Below are positions 46,719 through 48,774 of a stretch of DNA of 48,774 nt, piece by piece. The position numbers and the translations under genes were made by a program. The notes below the pieces were generated by a model, which made no database searches, had not been told where the DNA came from, and saw only the letters and a program-made list of their open reading frames with translations. Location: NCBI GenBank assembly GCA_020723465.1, contig DYIW01000004.1, forward strand, positions 1 to 48,774, read 5' to 3'. Source of the stretch: Phycisphaera mikurensis. GTDB taxonomy: Bacteria; Planctomycetota; B15-G4; JADJEK01. Position 1 is the stretch's first letter; each line of letters starts with the position of its first letter.

Positions 46719-48724
46719 GCCGCCGCTCGGCGCTCTGGGGGGGGTGGGCGCTGGCGGCGCTCTTGGCGGCGGGCGGCTACGCGACCTGGCGCCTGACGCG
46801 CGGCATGAACGGCCTGGGCGTGACCTCGGTGGTGCTGATCAGCATCGACACGCTGCGCGCCGACCGCCTGGGCTGCTACGGCGGCGATCCGCGCCTCGCC
46901 CCGAACATCGACCGCCTGGCCGCCGAGGGGGCGCGCTTCGAGCGGTGCCTCACCACGGCCCCGATCACGCTGCCGGCGCACGCCTCGCTCCTCTCCGGGA
47001 CCGACCCGATCGCGCACGGGGCGCGTTTGAACGGCGCCTCGATGTTCGATCCGAGGAATCCCTCCCTGGCCGCCGTGCTGCGCGACCAGGGCTTCGTCAC
47101 CGCCGCCTGCGTCTCCGCCTGGGTTCTGGATCAGCGCTACGGCCTGGACCTCGGCTTCGACGAGTACGACGACCGCACGGTCGACGAGCAGGGCGAGTCC
47201 GACCCGAGCCCCCTGGAACGGCGCGGCGAACGCACGGTGGCGGCCGCGCTCCGCTTCGTGGAGCGCACGGCCGCGGCGCCCTTCTTCCTGTGGGTGCACC
47301 TGTTCGATCCGCATGCGCCCTACCAGGCGCCGGCGCCTTTTGGCGAGCGCTTGCTCACCCCGTACGACGCTGAGGTCGCCTACGCCGACTGGTGCGTGGG
47401 CAAGCTGCTCGAAGGGCTGGAGGAGCGCGGCCGCCTGGCCGACGCGTTGGTGGTGCTCACGGCCGACCACGGCGAGGGCCTGGGCGATCACGGCGAGTCC
47501 ACGCACTCGGTGTTCGTCTACGACAGCACCCTGCGCGTGCCGCTGGTTTTTTGGTCCAAGGGGAGGATCCCGGCCGGGACCGTCGAGACGGACACGACGT
47601 CGATCATTTCGGTGGCGCCGACGATCCTCGACCTGCTGCGTCTGGAGCGGCCCGCGGGCATGTACGGCCCCTCGCTGGCGTCGGCGGTGCTGCGGGGGCA
47701 ATCCGGGGATGAGGAGTACTCGCTGGCCGGGGGTCACGCCTGCTTCGAGTCGCTGGCCGGAGAGTTTTACTACGGCTTCGCTCCGCTTTCCGGCATCGAC
47801 CGTGGCGGCAACAAGCTGATCGTGGCGCCGCGGCCGGAGCTCTACCGCGTGGCTGAGGACCGGGACGAGCGCGCGAACCTCTTCGACCAGGAAAGCGGGC
47901 TCGCGCGCGAGCTGCGGAGCCTGCTGGATCAAGACATGCGCGCGCACGTCACCGGCCGCTCGGCGCCGCGCACGCTCGACCCGGACACGATCGAGCGCCT
48001 GCGCCAGCAGGGCTACCTGGCGTCGCGCGCCGCTTCGACCTCGGGCGGCGGCCGTGACCCGAAGGACGGCGTGCACATCGTCGAGGCCCTGCAGCAGGCG
48101 ACGCTCGCTGCCAAGGACGAGCGCGCCGCGGCCATCGCCGCGGTCGAGCGTCTCGTGCTCCAGGAGCCGGAAGTGGCGGAGGCCTTCGATATCCTCGGGG
48201 GATTGAGGTTCGAGGAGGGCGACCGCCCCGGGGCGCTGCGCGCCTTCGGGCGCGCCCTCGAGCTGAACCCGGGGAACCCGGACTTGCACACGCAGCGCGG
48301 CACGGTCCTGCTGCATCTCGACCGGGACGCGGAGGCCGAGGAGAGCCTGGAGGCGGCCCTCGAGCTCGATCCCACGCACGTGCGCGCACGCGTGCAGCTG
48401 GGCCTGCTGTTGCTGAAGAGCGGGCGCCTGGACGCGGCGCGTCGCGCCTTCGACGAGGTGCTGCAGCAGCACGCTGACGTGGTGGCGGCGCGCATCGGGC
48501 GGGCGGATTGCGTCACGCAGATGAACAACGTGCGCCTGGCTGACCAGGACCTGCGGGCCGCCCTGGAGCAGGAGCCGAAGAACCTGGGCGTGCTCACGCG
48601 CCTGGCGCGCACCAGCGTGCTGCTCGAGAACCAGGAAGAGGCCCTGTTCTTCTTCCTGCGCGCGCAAGCGCTCGATCCGAGCGTGCTGCCGCCGCCGGGG
48701 CTGCTGCTGCCGGAGACTCCCTGA
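46715..48724 (+). CDS. sulfatase-like hydrolase/transferase (alkaline-phosphatase superfamily) fused to C-terminal TPR repeats
   Basis: 669 aa. The GTG start overlaps the selB stop (GTGA). Signal anchor WALAALLAAGGYA, metal-site VVLISIDTLRADRLG, nucleophile region TTAPITLPAHASLLSG, TADHGEGLGDHGE, then TPR-like repeats from about residue 470. Confidence 0.85.
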   Translation: MSRRSALWGGWALAALLAAGGYATWRLTRGMNGLGVTSVVLISIDTLRADRLGCYGGDPRLAPNIDRLAAEGARFERCLTTAPITLPAHASLLSGTDPIAHGARLNGASMFDPRNPSLAAVLRDQGFVTAACVSAWVLDQRYGLDLGFDEYDDRTVDEQGESDPSPLERRGERTVAAALRFVERTAAAPFFLWVHLFDPHAPYQAPAPFGERLLTPYDAEVAYADWCVGKLLEGLEERGRLADALVVLTADHGEGLGDHGESTHSVFVYDSTLRVPLVFWSKGRIPAGTVETDTTSIISVAPTILDLLRLERPAGMYGPSLASAVLRGQSGDEEYSLAGGHACFESLAGEFYYGFAPLSGIDRGGNKLIVAPRPELYRVAEDRDERANLFDQESGLARELRSLLDQDMRAHVTGRSAPRTLDPDTIERLRQQGYLASRAASTSGGGRDPKDGVHIVEALQQATLAAKDERAAAIAAVERLVLQEPEVAEAFDILGGLRFEEGDRPGALRAFGRALELNPGNPDLHTQRGTVLLHLDRDAEAEESLEAALELDPTHVRARVQLGLLLLKSGRLDAARRAFDEVLQQHADVVAARIGRADCVTQMNNVRLADQDLRAALEQEPKNLGVLTRLARTSVLLENQEEALFFFLRAQALDPSVLPPPGLLLPETP

Positions 48725-48727
48725 TCT

Positions 48728-48774
48728 ACTACTCCCGAGAATCGTTGCGCCGCGCGACGATTCTCGGGAGTAGT
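48728..48774 (+). terminator. 18-bp perfect inverted repeat with 11-nt loop, directly after the sulfatase-TPR stop codon
   Basis: actactcccgagaatcgt (48728-45) / tgcgccgcgcg / acgattctcgggagtagt (48757-74). The window ends at the last stem base, so any U-tract is not visible. Confidence 0.55.

Overview
This is a GC-rich bacterial chromosomal segment. Third codon positions are almost all G/C, so every real gene casts long stop-free shadow ORFs in other frames. I discarded those shadows and trimmed several ORF-track N-terminal extensions to starts with a ribosome-binding site. All calls come from motif recognition by eye; no search tool was run. I support about 37 protein genes and one tRNA.

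Most of the window is housekeeping: tRNA-Pro, lexA, nadB, a LysM protein, fused secDF, trmD-rplS, ribE, sppA, a Ski2-like helicase, an FtsQ-like POTRA protein, rplM-rpsI, yebC, ppdK, rsmA-dnaG-rpoD, a COG1579 zinc-ribbon protein and selB.

Accessory-looking parts:
- 8.5-15.1 kb: a divergent envelope-modification module. A membrane-fused spermidine-synthase-like protein, an SDR epimerase and a secreted hypothetical face two GT4 glycosyltransferases.
- 23.0-24.0 kb: a receiver-GGDEF protein in which both domains look catalytically degenerate but the RxxD I-site is intact.
- 27.6-34.7 kb: a pilB-pilT-pilB-pilC-sensor kinase operon. Both PilB paralogs carry tandem MshEN-type c-di-GMP-binding motifs, and no pilin, prepilin peptidase, PilMNOP or secretin is visible.
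- 34.9-39.2 kb: uncharacterised envelope genes, namely a small TM protein, a tail-anchored HTH protein, a coiled-coil OmpA lipoprotein and an FGE/FG-GAP protein.
- 46.7-48.7 kb: a sulfatase-like/TPR protein.

I saw no CRISPR array, IS element, integrase or rRNA. I did not find a clear-cut new multi-gene system. The best leads are the lexA upstream region (GAAC-N7-GAAC repeat, hydrophobic mini-ORF, T-tailed palindrome), the degenerate REC-GGDEF effector candidate, the fibre-less dual-PilB operon with its downstream uncharacterised genes, and 7-nt-periodic tandem repeats at three intergenic sites.
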